Shown here: one piece after another, positions 11,638 to 21,614 of the stretch
How the letters are laid out: the number at the start of each line of letters is the position of its first letter
Numbering within the stretch: the stretch's first letter is position 1
Origin: Bacillota bacterium
GTDB lineage: Bacteria > Bacillota > Limnochordia > Darwinibacteriales > Darwinibacteriaceae
Length of the DNA stretch: 64,000 nt
Assembly: GCA_012521295.1 (NCBI GenBank)
Contig: JAAYMS010000107.1
Coordinates: forward strand, 35,641 to 99,640
Direction: 5' to 3'
Notes under the pieces: generated by a model
What the model was told of the DNA's origin: nothing
Databases searched by the model: none
What the model saw: only the letters and a program-made list of their open reading frames with translations
Translations under genes and position numbers: made by a program

Positions 11638-11642
11638 GAAGT

Positions 11643-11927
11643 ATGCATGTGGGATGCCTAGTGGTAGATTTTCATATTCCATCAGCGACCTCACTAAAGG
11701 AGAAACGCCGCATAGTGAAGAGCAACATCCAGAGAGCACAGCAGCGCTTCAATGCTTCTATCGTTGAGCTTTCTGACTATCAGGAGCTCTGGCGCCGTGC
11801 TGCAGTAGCTGCGGCCGTATGTGGTGATGATACCGTACAGATAGAAGGCCAGCTTCGCGCCCTGCTGAGTTTTTTCGAATCAGATCCCCGCTGGGAGGCG
11901 ATCCACGTCGATTTCAGTTGGCGATAA
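11643..11927 (+). CDS. DUF503 (YlxP-like) family protein
   Basis: The N-terminus MHVGCLVVDFHIPSATSLKEKRRIV is typical of DUF503. It is a small protein and may be co-transcribed with mnmA. Confidence 0.6.
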   Translation: MHVGCLVVDFHIPSATSLKEKRRIVKSNIQRAQQRFNASIVELSDYQELWRRAAVAAAVCGDDTVQIEGQLRALLSFFESDPRWEAIHVDFSWR

Positions 11928-11999
11928 AGGATTTTGCGCAAAAATTTAGAACTTATACGCTGGAGCAAGAGACCAAGACCACAGTAAGGAGGCTGACCG

Positions 12000-13586
12000 G
12001 TGAGAGAAGCATTTGCTGCCAGATTGGAAAGTATCCTCGGACGCGATTCGACGATGAAGAACTTGACGGCCCCGCGCCTTGTGGAACAGGCAGTGCTCAG
12101 AGGTGAAGGCCAGTTATCGGCTACAGGTGCGCTGTCTGTAGAAACGGGCAAGTATACAGGCCGTTCACCGAAGGATAAGTTCATTGTTAAAGATGAGCTG
12201 ACATCAGGGACAGTCGAATGGGGCAGCGTGAATGTACCCATGTCAGAAGAGGTGTTTTACCAGCTATTTGAACGGGTACTTGCTTACTTGGAAGAACGCG
12301 ACCGCCTTTTTGTGTTTCAGGGATTTGTCGGATCTGATCCAGCCTATAGGATGCCTGTGCAGGTCGTGAACGAATTTGCATGGCAGAACCTTTTCGCCCG
12401 GCAGTTATTTATACGTCCTTCGCAAGACGAACTCAAAGGCCATAGGCCAGAGTTTACTGTTATTGCTGTTCCAGGCCTGAAGGTAGATCCAAGAGAGGCT
12501 GGTACCAATTCTGAGGCATTTATTGTAGTATCCTTTACTGAGAAAGTAGTTCTGATTGGCGGGACTGGATATGCCGGCGAGATGAAAAAGTCGATCTTCT
12601 CGGTAATGAACTATCTTCTGCCGCAAAAGGGTGTACTGTCAATGCACTGTTCGGCCAATATGGGCCCGAATGGTGATACTGCCCTCTTCTTTGGCCTTTC
12701 GGGTACTGGGAAGACGACACTCTCCACAGATCCTGGACGCCTGTTGATAGGCGATGACGAGCACGGCTGGTCTGATAATGGGATCTTCAATCTGGAAGGG
12801 GGATGCTATGCGAAGTGCATCAACCTCTCCCAAGAAAATGAGCCGCAGATTTGGGATGCTATCCGCTTCGGAGCGGTTATGGAGAACGTCGTGATTGACC
12901 CCGAGACGCGGATACCTGATTACAATGATGGTTCCCGAACAGAGAACACCAGAGTTGCTTATCCGTTGGAGCATATTTCTGGCCGAGAGCTGAGCAGCAG
13001 AGGCGGCCATCCCAAAGCGATTGTCTTCCTGACTGCAGACGCTTTTGGAGTTCTTCCACCTGTCAGCATTCTTAACGATCAGCAGATTATGTATCATTTC
13101 TTGTCCGGCTATACCAGCAAACTTGCAGGGACTGAAAGAGGTATTCAGGAGCCTGAAGCCACGTTTTCTGCGTGCTTTGGTGAGCCATTCCTTCCGCTGC
13201 ATCCGGAAACGTATGCAGCGATGTTAAAGGATCTGGTTAACCGCCACGGGGCTACGGTTTATCTTGTCAATACGGGTTGGTCTGGGGGGCCGTATGGTGT
13301 TGGCAAACGCATTTCCTTGCCGTATACGCGAGCTATTATCAAGGCCGTCCTCGATGGCTCGTTAGCCGATGTAGATTGCTTCATTGATCCTGTGTTTGGC
13401 CTACGGGTACCCAAATCATGCCCAGGTGTGCCGCCTGAGATCCTCGATCCTCGTAATACCTGGGAAGATAAGAACGCATATGACCAAAAAGCGCGTGAAC
13501 TTGCGGCAGCTTTTCACAAGAACTTCGACCGTTACAGCAGCGTAAGTGACGAAGTCAAGGCGGGAGGGCCTCCAGTTCAGAGTTAA
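12000..13586 (+). CDS. pckA: phosphoenolpyruvate carboxykinase (ATP)
   Basis: Motifs [10 protein letters not shown] and [14 protein letters not shown] start 7 nt after AGGAGG. Confidence 0.9.
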   Translation: MREAFAARLESILGRDSTMKNLTAPRLVEQAVLRGEGQLSATGALSVETGKYTGRSPKDKFIVKDELTSGTVEWGSVNVPMSEEVFYQLFERVLAYLEERDRLFVFQGFVGSDPAYRMPVQVVNEFAWQNLFARQLFIRPSQDELKGHRPEFTVIAVPGLKVDPREAGTNSEAFIVVSFTEKVVLIGGTGYAGEMKKSIFSVMNYLLPQKGVLSMHCSANMGPNGDTALFFGLSGTGKTTLSTDPGRLLIGDDEHGWSDNGIFNLEGGCYAKCINLSQENEPQIWDAIRFGAVMENVVIDPETRIPDYNDGSRTENTRVAYPLEHISGRELSSRGGHPKAIVFLTADAFGVLPPVSILNDQQIMYHFLSGYTSKLAGTERGIQEPEATFSACFGEPFLPLHPETYAAMLKDLVNRHGATVYLVNTGWSGGPYGVGKRISLPYTRAIIKAVLDGSLADVDCFIDPVFGLRVPKSCPGVPPEILDPRNTWEDKNAYDQKARELAAAFHKNFDRYSSVSDEVKAGGPPVQS

Positions 13587-13597
13587 GGAAGGGCTCC

Positions 13598-14050
13598 ATG
13601 TTTAAGATTATTGTAGACGCAGATGCGTGCCCCCGCAGTTGCCTTGGGATCTTAAAGAAGCACCGAGCTTCTTGGGGGTATCATCTTCTTACTATTTCGT
13701 CTGTCGACCATCAGATTGAAAGCTGCCACCACATTATGGTGGAAAAGGGTAAGGATAGTACCGATCTTGCTGTCATAAACAGTACAAACCGCGGTGATAT
13801 CGTAGTTACGCAGGATTGGGGGCTAGCGGCTCTTGTTCTTGGCAAGGGCGCCTACGCTATTTCACCTGCGGGACGTGTATTCAATGAAGCCACTATCGTT
13901 TTTCTACTGGAAGAACGGTCTTTGAAGGCGAAATTCCGGCGAGCAGGAGGGCGCACTCGTGGCCCTTCTGCTCGAACTGCAAAAGACGATCGACGTTTCG
14001 AAGCGAACTTCCTCGCCCTGTTGGCCGAGGCACGGAATAGTAGAGATTAG
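13598..14050 (+). CDS. YaiI/YqxD (DUF188) family protein
   Basis: The N-terminus KIIVDADACP is characteristic of UPF0178. Confidence 0.6.
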   Translation: MFKIIVDADACPRSCLGILKKHRASWGYHLLTISSVDHQIESCHHIMVEKGKDSTDLAVINSTNRGDIVVTQDWGLAALVLGKGAYAISPAGRVFNEATIVFLLEERSLKAKFRRAGGRTRGPSARTAKDDRRFEANFLALLAEARNSRD

Positions 14051-14064
14051 GAGATTTGCAGCTA

Positions 14065-15539
14065 TGAGACTAGACCCATGCATTTTAGTTATCTTTGGTG
14101 CCACAGGTGATCTAACTCACCGCAAGCTATATCCAGCGTTGTACAATCTCTGGCTAGACAAGCTTTTGCCAGAGAGGTTTGCCGTTGTTTCGATCGGAAG
14201 GCGCGAAAAGAATGACGACGAGGTCAGGCAAGATATCGTCCGGTCCATTCAGCAGTTCTCGCGGACGGCTAAGCCTTCTGGAGATAGACTCGATCAATTC
14301 TTGGCCATGTTCAGTTACTACCAGCTGGATTTTAACGATACGGCAGGATACGGGCCCCTGAAGGAGTACCTTGAGGAAAAGGATCAAATTCACGGTACCC
14401 TGGGCAACCGAGTGTATTTCTTAGCGGTTGCGCCTGAGTACTTCAGCCCAATCGCCAAAGAACTGCATGACCAAGGGATGGCTGAGCAGAGGGGCAGCTG
14501 GCAGCGGGTCGTGATTGAAAAGCCCTTCGGGCAGAACCTACCCACTGCTATTCAGCTGAACAATGATGTGCGCGCTACATTCGGAGAAGAGAATATCTAT
14601 CGAATCGATCACTATCTGGGTAAAGAAATGGCTCAGAACATAATGATCATCCGCTTTGCCAATACACTCTTCGAACCACTGTGGAATAACAGATATATAG
14701 ATCACATTCAGCTGAGCTTGACCGAGACCGTGGGCGTTGAGGGTAGAGGGCCGTACTATGAGCAGGCCGGTGCACTGCGCGATATGGTGCAGAACCATAT
14801 GCTGCAGCTTCTTTCGTTGATCGCAATGGAGCCGCCTGTCACGTTGGACACTGAGTCGATTCGCGATGAGAAGGTTAAGGTGCTCCGTTCGCTGAAGGTG
14901 AAGCGTGAAGACGTGGTGCGCGGGCAGTATGGCCGCAGTGAATCAGGTGAGATCAGGGCCTATCGCGAAGAAGACCGCGTTTCACCTGAGTCGCAAGTGG
15001 AGACGTTCGTTGCTCTCAAGGCTACTATCGATAACTTCAGGTGGGCTGGTGTTCCGTTCTATCTGCGTACTGGTAAGCGCCTGCCGCGCAAGTATTCGGA
15101 GATCGTGATCCAGTTTAAGAAGCTCCCCGGAGTTCTCTATTTCAAAGATAACGACTTAGATCCGAATATCTTAGTAATTCGGGTTCACCCCGATGAAGGC
15201 GTGTATCTGCAGTTTAATGCTAAGCAGCTCGGGACCAGCAGCCTGATTGTCCCTGTATCAATGGATTTCTGCCATAACTGTGCCGATGGCCTGAACTCGC
15301 CCGAAGCCTATGAACGCCTGCTCTATGATGTGATGCGGGGAGATTCTACCCTATTTACTCGCTGGGACGAGGTCGAGCATTCCTGGCGCTTTGTGGACCA
15401 GATCGCCGAATGGTGGCAGGAGCAGCCCGAGATCCCGATCTATCCAAGCGGTTCGTGGGGGCCGAAGGAGAGTGATGAACTCCCCGAAAAGGATGGCCGA
15501 CGCTGGCTGTATTTTGTGAGAAATGAGGGAACGAGATGA
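14065..15539 (+). CDS. zwf: glucose-6-phosphate 1-dehydrogenase
   Basis: Motifs GATGDLTHRKL and RIDHYLGKE. ATG at 14065 follows AGGAG. The upstream in-frame extension to 13959 is rejected. Confidence 0.9.
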
Positions 15540-16183
15540 GAATATGGGATATTTCAATGCCGATTCATCCAGAAATGCCTGTCTGGAAGGGAAGAGACGC
15601 TAAGCGCCCCCGCCTGATTATCACCCGTGACTATGATGAAGAAGGCCAGGGTGGGCGGGAAACCCGTCTAGACATGGATGCCCATACGGGTACCCATATT
15701 GACGCACCCCTGCATTTTATCTATGGCGGAAAAACGCTTGATCAGATTCCCATTGAACAGCTGATTCGGAAAGTCAAGGTAATTGACCTTTCCCACATTG
15801 AAGATGTAATACTACCAGAGCACTTCGCGGATCACGGGATTTCTCGAGGCGATTTTGTTCTGCTGAAAACACTGAACTCGATCGAACCCATCTTAGAGAC
15901 AGACTTCGTCTACATTTCAGGCCCCGCTGCTCAAGCTTTAGTGGATCTTGGTGTAGTTGGGGTGGGGATCGATGGACTAGGTGTGGAGCGCGATCAACCA
16001 GAACATGATACCCATATGGCACTATTATCCGCAGGGGTAATTGTGATCGAAGGTTTGAGATTGGGACATGTACCCGCCGGTGAATACTTAATGATTGCAG
16101 CTCCACTAAAGGTTCTCGGTGTTGAGGCAGCGCCAGCGAGGGTAATCCTGACAGATTTGAAGGATCCCGATGTTGACTACTAA
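15536..16183 (+). CDS. cyclase family protein (kynurenine formamidase-like)
   Basis: HTGTHIDAPLHF motif of the cyclase/arylformamidase family. Confidence 0.65.
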   Translation: MRIWDISMPIHPEMPVWKGRDAKRPRLIITRDYDEEGQGGRETRLDMDAHTGTHIDAPLHFIYGGKTLDQIPIEQLIRKVKVIDLSHIEDVILPEHFADHGISRGDFVLLKTLNSIEPILETDFVYISGPAAQALVDLGVVGVGIDGLGVERDQPEHDTHMALLSAGVIVIEGLRLGHVPAGEYLMIAAPLKVLGVEAAPARVILTDLKDPDVDY

Positions 16184-16202
16184 AGACCGAGAGGAAGATT
16201 TT

Positions 16203-17159
16203 ATGTCTGGGCACAGATTTGCAGTGCTTGTGGACGGAGAGAATATATCGCCGCGTTATTTGAGTGCGGTCATGGCTGAGGTTAACCGGTCAGGAGAGAT
16301 TATTGTCTGTCGTGTTTATGGCGATTGGACAGACAACCATATGAGCGGATGGAAGGAGCTGCTCCGCAGTTTTCCTATTAGGCCTATTCAGCAGTTCCGC
16401 TACGGGCAAAACGCCACTGATGGAGCTCTCATCATGGATGCCATTGAGCTGGTGTCGACCAACCGTACGCCGGTTAATGCCTTTTGCATAGTTTCAAGCG
16501 ATAGTGATTATTACAGCTTAGCTCTGCGCCTTCGAGAGCATGGTATGTATGTAATGGGTATCGGCAGGCAGGGAACTAAGAGTATCTTGGTACGTTCGTG
16601 CAATCGCTTTGTTTATCTGGAGAACCTCTCTGTAAGCAGCAGTGCCACAGGTACTACTCGAGCTAAACCTGATTCACCAGGTGATGTTCCGGTAGAAGAG
16701 ATCGTCATGGCTGGCTATGAAGCCTCCGACGAAGATGGCGATGGATGGTTGCTGTTGGCCCACCTCGGCCAGGGAATTCGGCGGGAGTATCCAGATTTTG
16801 ATCCTAGGAGCTACAACTATACTAGTCTCTTAGACATTCTACGTTCTTATCCGGATTTGTTCGAGATTCGCAGTAATGACAAGACGCCGCCGGTGTATTG
16901 GATGCGTCCGATCTGCAGCAATCGTGAGCAGAGGAGAAAAACAGGTGTTATCAAGCGGTTTGTGTCCAACTATGGATTTATTCGTGCTGACGATGGCGAT
17001 TATTTTTTTACGAGGGCCAATCTCTCAGCAGAACAGCGGCGAGTACAGCTCAAGCCTGGTATGAAGGTGAGTTTCGTAGAGATTAAAGCGCCCGATCCTC
17101 TAGGGGAAACAACAGCTGATCGCAACGGACGGGCTCGCGATGTAGAAGTTATCAGTTAA
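16203..17159 (+). CDS. NYN (LabA-like) domain protein with OST-HTH/LOTUS and C-terminal cold-shock domain
   Basis: The N-terminal half (FAVLVDGENI...CIVSSDSDY) looks NYN-nuclease-like. The middle segment (GWLLLAHLGQ...YNYTSLLDIL) looks like OST-HTH. The C-terminus (KRFVSNYGFIRADDGDYFFTRA) looks like a cold-shock domain. ATG at 16203. Confidence 0.6.
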   Translation: MSGHRFAVLVDGENISPRYLSAVMAEVNRSGEIIVCRVYGDWTDNHMSGWKELLRSFPIRPIQQFRYGQNATDGALIMDAIELVSTNRTPVNAFCIVSSDSDYYSLALRLREHGMYVMGIGRQGTKSILVRSCNRFVYLENLSVSSSATGTTRAKPDSPGDVPVEEIVMAGYEASDEDGDGWLLLAHLGQGIRREYPDFDPRSYNYTSLLDILRSYPDLFEIRSNDKTPPVYWMRPICSNREQRRKTGVIKRFVSNYGFIRADDGDYFFTRANLSAEQRRVQLKPGMKVSFVEIKAPDPLGETTADRNGRARDVEVIS

Positions 17160-17175
17160 AAAGGGGGTTCAATTA

Positions 17176-17691
17176 GTGCAGCGACAGCAGCCTAAGTCAG
17201 CACTCCGAGAATGGATAGAGGTTTTTCTTAAGGCAGGTATACTTGCATTCTTAATCATTACGTTTATCGCACAAAGCTATATCGTCGATGGAATCAGTAT
17301 GCTTCCCACTTTGGAGGACGGTCAGCGCCTCATTGTTGAGAAGGTATCCTATCGTTTTAGGGACCCGCTGCCCGGTGAGATAGTTGTCCTGAACGTACCC
17401 AATGCTCAGTATATCAAGCGTGTTATTGCCGTGGGCGGAGATATTATCGAAGCACGGGGTGGACAAGTATTTGTCAATGGAGTTCGCATTGATGAGCCGT
17501 ATGTTTCAGCGGCCACCTATCCAAATTTCGGGCCGCTTGTGGTTCCTGAAGGCCACCTTTGGGTGATGGGAGACAATCGTCCGTACAGTAACGACAGCCG
17601 GGGAACTGTAGGATTCTTGGAAGAATCTGCAGTAGTAGGCCGGGCCGTATTCCGCTATTGGCCTCTTACCAAGGTGGGCTTGCTGGATTGA
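17176..17691 (+). CDS. lepB: signal peptidase I
   Basis: Catalytic Ser box GISMLPT and Lys box KRVIAVGGD. C-terminal GDNRPYSNDSR. Confidence 0.9.
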   Translation: MQRQQPKSALREWIEVFLKAGILAFLIITFIAQSYIVDGISMLPTLEDGQRLIVEKVSYRFRDPLPGEIVVLNVPNAQYIKRVIAVGGDIIEARGGQVFVNGVRIDEPYVSAATYPNFGPLVVPEGHLWVMGDNRPYSNDSRGTVGFLEESAVVGRAVFRYWPLTKVGLLD

Positions 17692-17716
17692 GTCTGCTGC
17701 TTGAGGAGAATTTGTA

Positions 17717-18661
17717 GTGATCTATACCTTAACGATGAACCCGGCTGTTGACCGGACGGTAACCGTCTCGCGGTTTGAGGCCTGGGCTACTAATAGAGTG
17801 CAGGATGTAACCATTGAGGGAAGAGGAAAAGGTATCAATGTTTCTTTGGCCCTCAAGGAGTTTGGCCTCGAGTCGCTGGCTTTTGCTCCTATTGGAGGTG
17901 CTGAAGGCGAAATAATCCGAGAGGCCCTGCAGCAGGCTGGGATCGAGCACAATTTGTACCAGCTGCAGAGTGGTTCAACTCGCGTGAATATCAAGATATA
18001 CGACAAAGAGACCCAGATTACTACTGAAGTAAATGAACCTGGCCCGCATCTTTCGGCCGATGATTGCAAGGCCATCAGCGATATGGTACTGGATGCCCTG
18101 CGGCCGGGCGATATTCTGGTCTGCGCAGGCAGTCTGCCTCCTGGTGTTCCAGACGACTTCTATGCGTATGTCATCCGGTTGGCAAAGCAAAAGGATGTAT
18201 TCTGTGTCTTGGATGCATCAGGAGAGCCTTTTCGCAGAGGCTTGGCAGCAGGCCCTCATATGGCCAAACCAAATCGGAGCGAAGCTGAAGCGTGGTTTGG
18301 ACAGAGCCTGAGTACGAAAACAGCACTAATGGATTGTCTGGATGACTTCATCAATCTGGGCTTGTCTTTGGCAATTATCTCTTTAGGAAAGGATGGCGCC
18401 GTTTTTCGGCGAGCCGGGGAAGGGATAGTGTGGGCTGCTGCAGCATCGTGTGATGCCCGCAGTACGGTAGGCTGCGGCGATGTGATGTTGGCTGCTAGTA
18501 TTTCTGCCGTGGTCCAAGGAAAGCCTCTGGTGGATTTGGCCCGCTTCGCGACCGGAGCTGCCACCGCTGCGGCGGAACAACCTGGTACGGCTGTTCCGGA
18601 TTCTGACGCAGTAGAGGCGCTGTTGGATCGCGTTAACGTGGAGATACGGCAAGAGGAGTGA
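17717..18661 (+). CDS. PfkB-family sugar-phosphate kinase (1-phosphofructokinase/tagatose-6-P kinase-like)
   Basis: LacC/FruK-type N-terminus (TLTMNPAVDRT) and C-terminal GCGD motif. GTG start after GAGGAG. Confidence 0.75.
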   Translation: MIYTLTMNPAVDRTVTVSRFEAWATNRVQDVTIEGRGKGINVSLALKEFGLESLAFAPIGGAEGEIIREALQQAGIEHNLYQLQSGSTRVNIKIYDKETQITTEVNEPGPHLSADDCKAISDMVLDALRPGDILVCAGSLPPGVPDDFYAYVIRLAKQKDVFCVLDASGEPFRRGLAAGPHMAKPNRSEAEAWFGQSLSTKTALMDCLDDFINLGLSLAIISLGKDGAVFRRAGEGIVWAAAASCDARSTVGCGDVMLAASISAVVQGKPLVDLARFATGAATAAAEQPGTAVPDSDAVEALLDRVNVEIRQEE

Positions 18662-18665
18662 ACTG

Positions 18666-19445
18666 ATGGAGTGCATTTTGCTGTGTGATGCCTCACAGCC
18701 CGAATCAGCGGCGGACTTGTGCCGCAGATATGGACTGGGAGTAGAGTTGCAGGCGTTTGCCAACCCTGACTATGAACAGAGTGTACCCGATGCCGTTCTT
18801 CGACACAATGAAGTGTACAAGGACATCTCTCCGCGGGCTCTTCATGGCCCGTTTGCTGACCTTAGTATGGGCAGTTCAGATCGATTGATTCGGCAGGTGA
18901 CGTACGAACGTTTTGTCTACGCGCATGACCGCGCTGTGCAGGTGGGAGCTGAACACATCGTGCTTCACCACGGATATGTGCCAGGCACTAATACCCCAGG
19001 TGGGTGGCTGCGGCGAAGTGTGGAGCTGTGGGAACAGTTTTTTGATGAGGTAGAGGTACAGGCTCAGATCTACCTTGAGAATCTGCTCGAGGATGATCCT
19101 CAACTACTCCTCGATGTCGTCAGCACCGTGGGCCGTGACTCTTTGGGGATCTGCCTTGATATCGGACATGCGCACTGCCATTCTAGGCTGCCAGTGTTGG
19201 AGTGGATCATGCGTGCAGGTGACCTGATAGGCTATGTTCATCTCCACGATAATCACGGGAGAAACGATGATCATCTAGGCTTAGGGTCTGGCTCTCTACC
19301 TTTGGATGAAGTCTGCAGTGCCCTTGAGCAGTACTGCCCAGATGCTATCTGGGCGCTGGAAGTAGGGCCGGACAACGCAGCAGATTCGGTTTTTTGGCTG
19401 GACAATCGGGGATATCTGAGGGCAATGCGCAAGAGTTGGAGATAA
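18666..19445 (+). CDS. sugar phosphate isomerase/epimerase (xylose-isomerase-like TIM barrel)
   Basis: Metal-binding HxH/D/E pattern of AP-endonuclease-2/TIM-barrel proteins. The pairing with the upstream kinase is noted. Confidence 0.55.
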   Translation: MECILLCDASQPESAADLCRRYGLGVELQAFANPDYEQSVPDAVLRHNEVYKDISPRALHGPFADLSMGSSDRLIRQVTYERFVYAHDRAVQVGAEHIVLHHGYVPGTNTPGGWLRRSVELWEQFFDEVEVQAQIYLENLLEDDPQLLLDVVSTVGRDSLGICLDIGHAHCHSRLPVLEWIMRAGDLIGYVHLHDNHGRNDDHLGLGSGSLPLDEVCSALEQYCPDAIWALEVGPDNAADSVFWLDNRGYLRAMRKSWR

Positions 19446-19478
19446 AAAAGCCGAGACTTTCACATCTCGGCTTTTGTG
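19446..19478. terminator. bidirectional intrinsic terminator (between convergent genes)
   Basis: Hairpin gccgaga...tctcggc flanked by A-rich and T-rich tracts. Confidence 0.7.
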
Positions 19479-19481
19479 ATT

Positions 19482-20300
19482 TTATCCTAAGAGCAGAAGG
19501 CCGAGGGCCATGACTGCCATTCCCGCAATCAAACCGTAAATCCCCACGTGGTGATGCTGCTTTTCTGCCGTGGGCAGCAGTTCATCTAGAGAAATATATA
19601 CCATAATGCCTGCAACAACGGCGAATACGATACCGAACATGGCATCACTGATAATACTCCGCAGCAAGAAATATCCTACTAAGGCTCCCACAGGTTCAGA
19701 CAAGCCGGACAGGAAAGAGTAGCGGAATGCTTTACGCTTGCTTCCCGTCGCAAAGTAGATCGGAACAGAAACGGCAATTCCTTCTGGAATGTTGTGAATG
19801 GCAATCGCGACTGCAATGCTGATTCCCAACGTCGGATCCTGCAGCGCTCCCACGAAGGTAGCTAAGCCTTCTGGAAAGTTATGAATAGCGATAGCCAGCG
19901 CTGAAAAGAGCCCCATCCGCATCAGCGACGCTTCTTCTTGAGCCTTCGCCACCTCTGATGTTGTGGCTATTTCATCAACATCTCGCATCTCGTGGGGGTT
20001 TTCCGCTTCCGGGACAAACCTGTCAATGAGAGCGATCAAGGCAATCCCTGCAAAAAAGCCGATCGTAGTGACCCAGTATCCCTTCGTTGCTCCGTAAACT
20101 AGTTCCAGTGAGGCGCGCGCCTTTGGAAAGATTTCGATCATAGAGACATAGATCATCACGCCGGCAGAAAAGCCTAGAGCAGCAGACAAAAAAGTCTTGT
20201 TAGTCTGCTTGGTGTAAAAGGCCAGTGCACTACCGATACCTGTAGACAGACCCGCGATAATCGTCAAGCCAAAAGCAAAAATCACCGCATTAATATCCAT
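19482..20300 (-). CDS. zupT: ZIP family zinc/metal transporter
   Basis: Eight-TM ZIP protein with HNxPEG motifs (HNFPEG, HNIPEG). Confidence 0.85.
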   Translation of the reverse strand: MDINAVIFAFGLTIIAGLSTGIGSALAFYTKQTNKTFLSAALGFSAGVMIYVSMIEIFPKARASLELVYGATKGYWVTTIGFFAGIALIALIDRFVPEAENPHEMRDVDEIATTSEVAKAQEEASLMRMGLFSALAIAIHNFPEGLATFVGALQDPTLGISIAVAIAIHNIPEGIAVSVPIYFATGSKRKAFRYSFLSGLSEPVGALVGYFLLRSIISDAMFGIVFAVVAGIMVYISLDELLPTAEKQHHHVGIYGLIAGMAVMALGLLLLG

Positions 20301-20420
20301 CTAATCCCTCCTTTTGAACCACACTAACTGTTTAAATTCTAGCAGATCGCACCGCAGCACACAAGGTAAGTCTTGCTGTCCACTGTGCATCATGATACAA
20401 TAGAGCCAGTTTACTAAATT

Positions 20421-20439
20421 AGTAGACTAGTAGTCTACT
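20421..20439. promoter_or_regulatory. perfect palindrome AGTAGACTA-G-TAGTCTACT in the divergent zupT/20458 intergenic region (candidate operator)
   Basis: Read directly from the sequence: 9-bp arms with a 1-bp spacer. It sits 19 nt upstream of the 20458 ATG and about 120 nt upstream of the zupT start. Confidence 0.5.
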
Positions 20440-20457
20440 GGTGAAAGGGTGCCATTG

Positions 20458-20937
20458 ATGAAGATTCCTACAAATCTGAAGCATAAACCAGTGATGGTGG
20501 TTGAGAATTACGAAAACGTCGATGGGAGACAGGCCTATTCATCGGACGCCAAGGGCCTATCACTCGGACTTGCTCAGTGGAATGAGCGGGGTAGAGTAGA
20601 TGTTTCTGCAAAAGTATGGCGGCACACCGGTGAAAAGTGGTCGCGTCAGTCGGAAGAACTTCCGCTGCATCGCGTGCTTGACTTAGCAATTCTGGTCAGC
20701 CGCGCTCTATATTATTTTCAAGACGCCTACCGCTATGAGAAGCTCTATGATGAGCAGAATCCAGTAGTGGATCGTGTCGGGCTGCAGGGCGATGCCATGA
20801 CTATTGAGATATGTACCGAAAACGAGAAGATTGTAGAAGACCTCCAGCTTTTCCAGGAAGCTCTCAGTAAAGATGGCGAACTAATTGGCGAGCGTTTGCG
20901 GGTTTTGGCTCGTATTCTGAAAGAGATGGGATATTAA
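20458..20937 (+). CDS. hypothetical protein
   Basis: ATG follows a GAAAGGGTG RBS. I recognise no family. It is divergent from zupT. Confidence 0.5.
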   Translation: MKIPTNLKHKPVMVVENYENVDGRQAYSSDAKGLSLGLAQWNERGRVDVSAKVWRHTGEKWSRQSEELPLHRVLDLAILVSRALYYFQDAYRYEKLYDEQNPVVDRVGLQGDAMTIEICTENEKIVEDLQLFQEALSKDGELIGERLRVLARILKEMGY

Positions 20938-21029
20938 GCTGCCATAGAGGGATCACAAGGCGTGGCAGATAATTCTACGGAAGAAGACATTACAAGCCTA
21001 CACATGGCTTGCGAAGAGGAGTCTGAGGC

Positions 21030-21614
21030 GTGGACCCATATTCATATACCGATTCACGTACAGGTATAACCTACGAGATTGGGGCCATTTCTGAACTCGA
21101 TGCGGTTGCAATTGCCGATTGGGAGTACGAACCGCCCTACACCATGTACAATCTGGGCGGTTCCCCTCTGGCCATACTCGAATTCCTGACTGGCCCATAT
21201 TACAGTGTCAAGTGTGAAGGGGTATTAGTGGGCTTCTTCTGCTTCGGCAGCGCAGCCCGGGTCAAGCATCAAAATAGCGAGTATCTTTACCGTGATTCCA
21301 CTTATCTGGACGTCGGCCTTGGCCTTCATCCAAAACTGTGCGGTCAAGGATATGGCTTAGGCTTCTTAGAGGGAGGCCTTCGTTTCGCTCAGGACCGCAT
21401 GGGGGCGGCTCGGTTTCGCTTGACGGCGGTGTCAGACAATTTCCGCGCCATTAAAGTATATCTGCGGGCTGGGTTCAAGGTGCTGGGAAGCTTCGAACGC
21501 CCTGGCCGTACTCACAGCATGGAGTTTGTGGTTATGGTTTATGATCCGCGTCGAAAAGACGCCGTGCAGCCGCCAGCAGCGCGGTTCGATTGTTCTGAGA
21601 AGGATCGTCGATAA
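21030..21614 (+). CDS. GNAT family N-acetyltransferase
   Basis: Acetyl-CoA binding motif QGYGLGFLEGGLRFA. Confidence 0.6.
   Translation: MDPYSYTDSRTGITYEIGAISELDAVAIADWEYEPPYTMYNLGGSPLAILEFLTGPYYSVKCEGVLVGFFCFGSAARVKHQNSEYLYRDSTYLDVGLGLHPKLCGQGYGLGFLEGGLRFAQDRMGAARFRLTAVSDNFRAIKVYLRAGFKVLGSFERPGRTHSMEFVVMVYDPRRKDAVQPPAARFDCSEKDRR

Noticed and set aside
12639-13202. A 187-aa minus-strand ORF inside pckA.
   Set aside because: It lies entirely antisense within a highly conserved pckA reading frame, with no RBS. It is an antisense-frame artefact.
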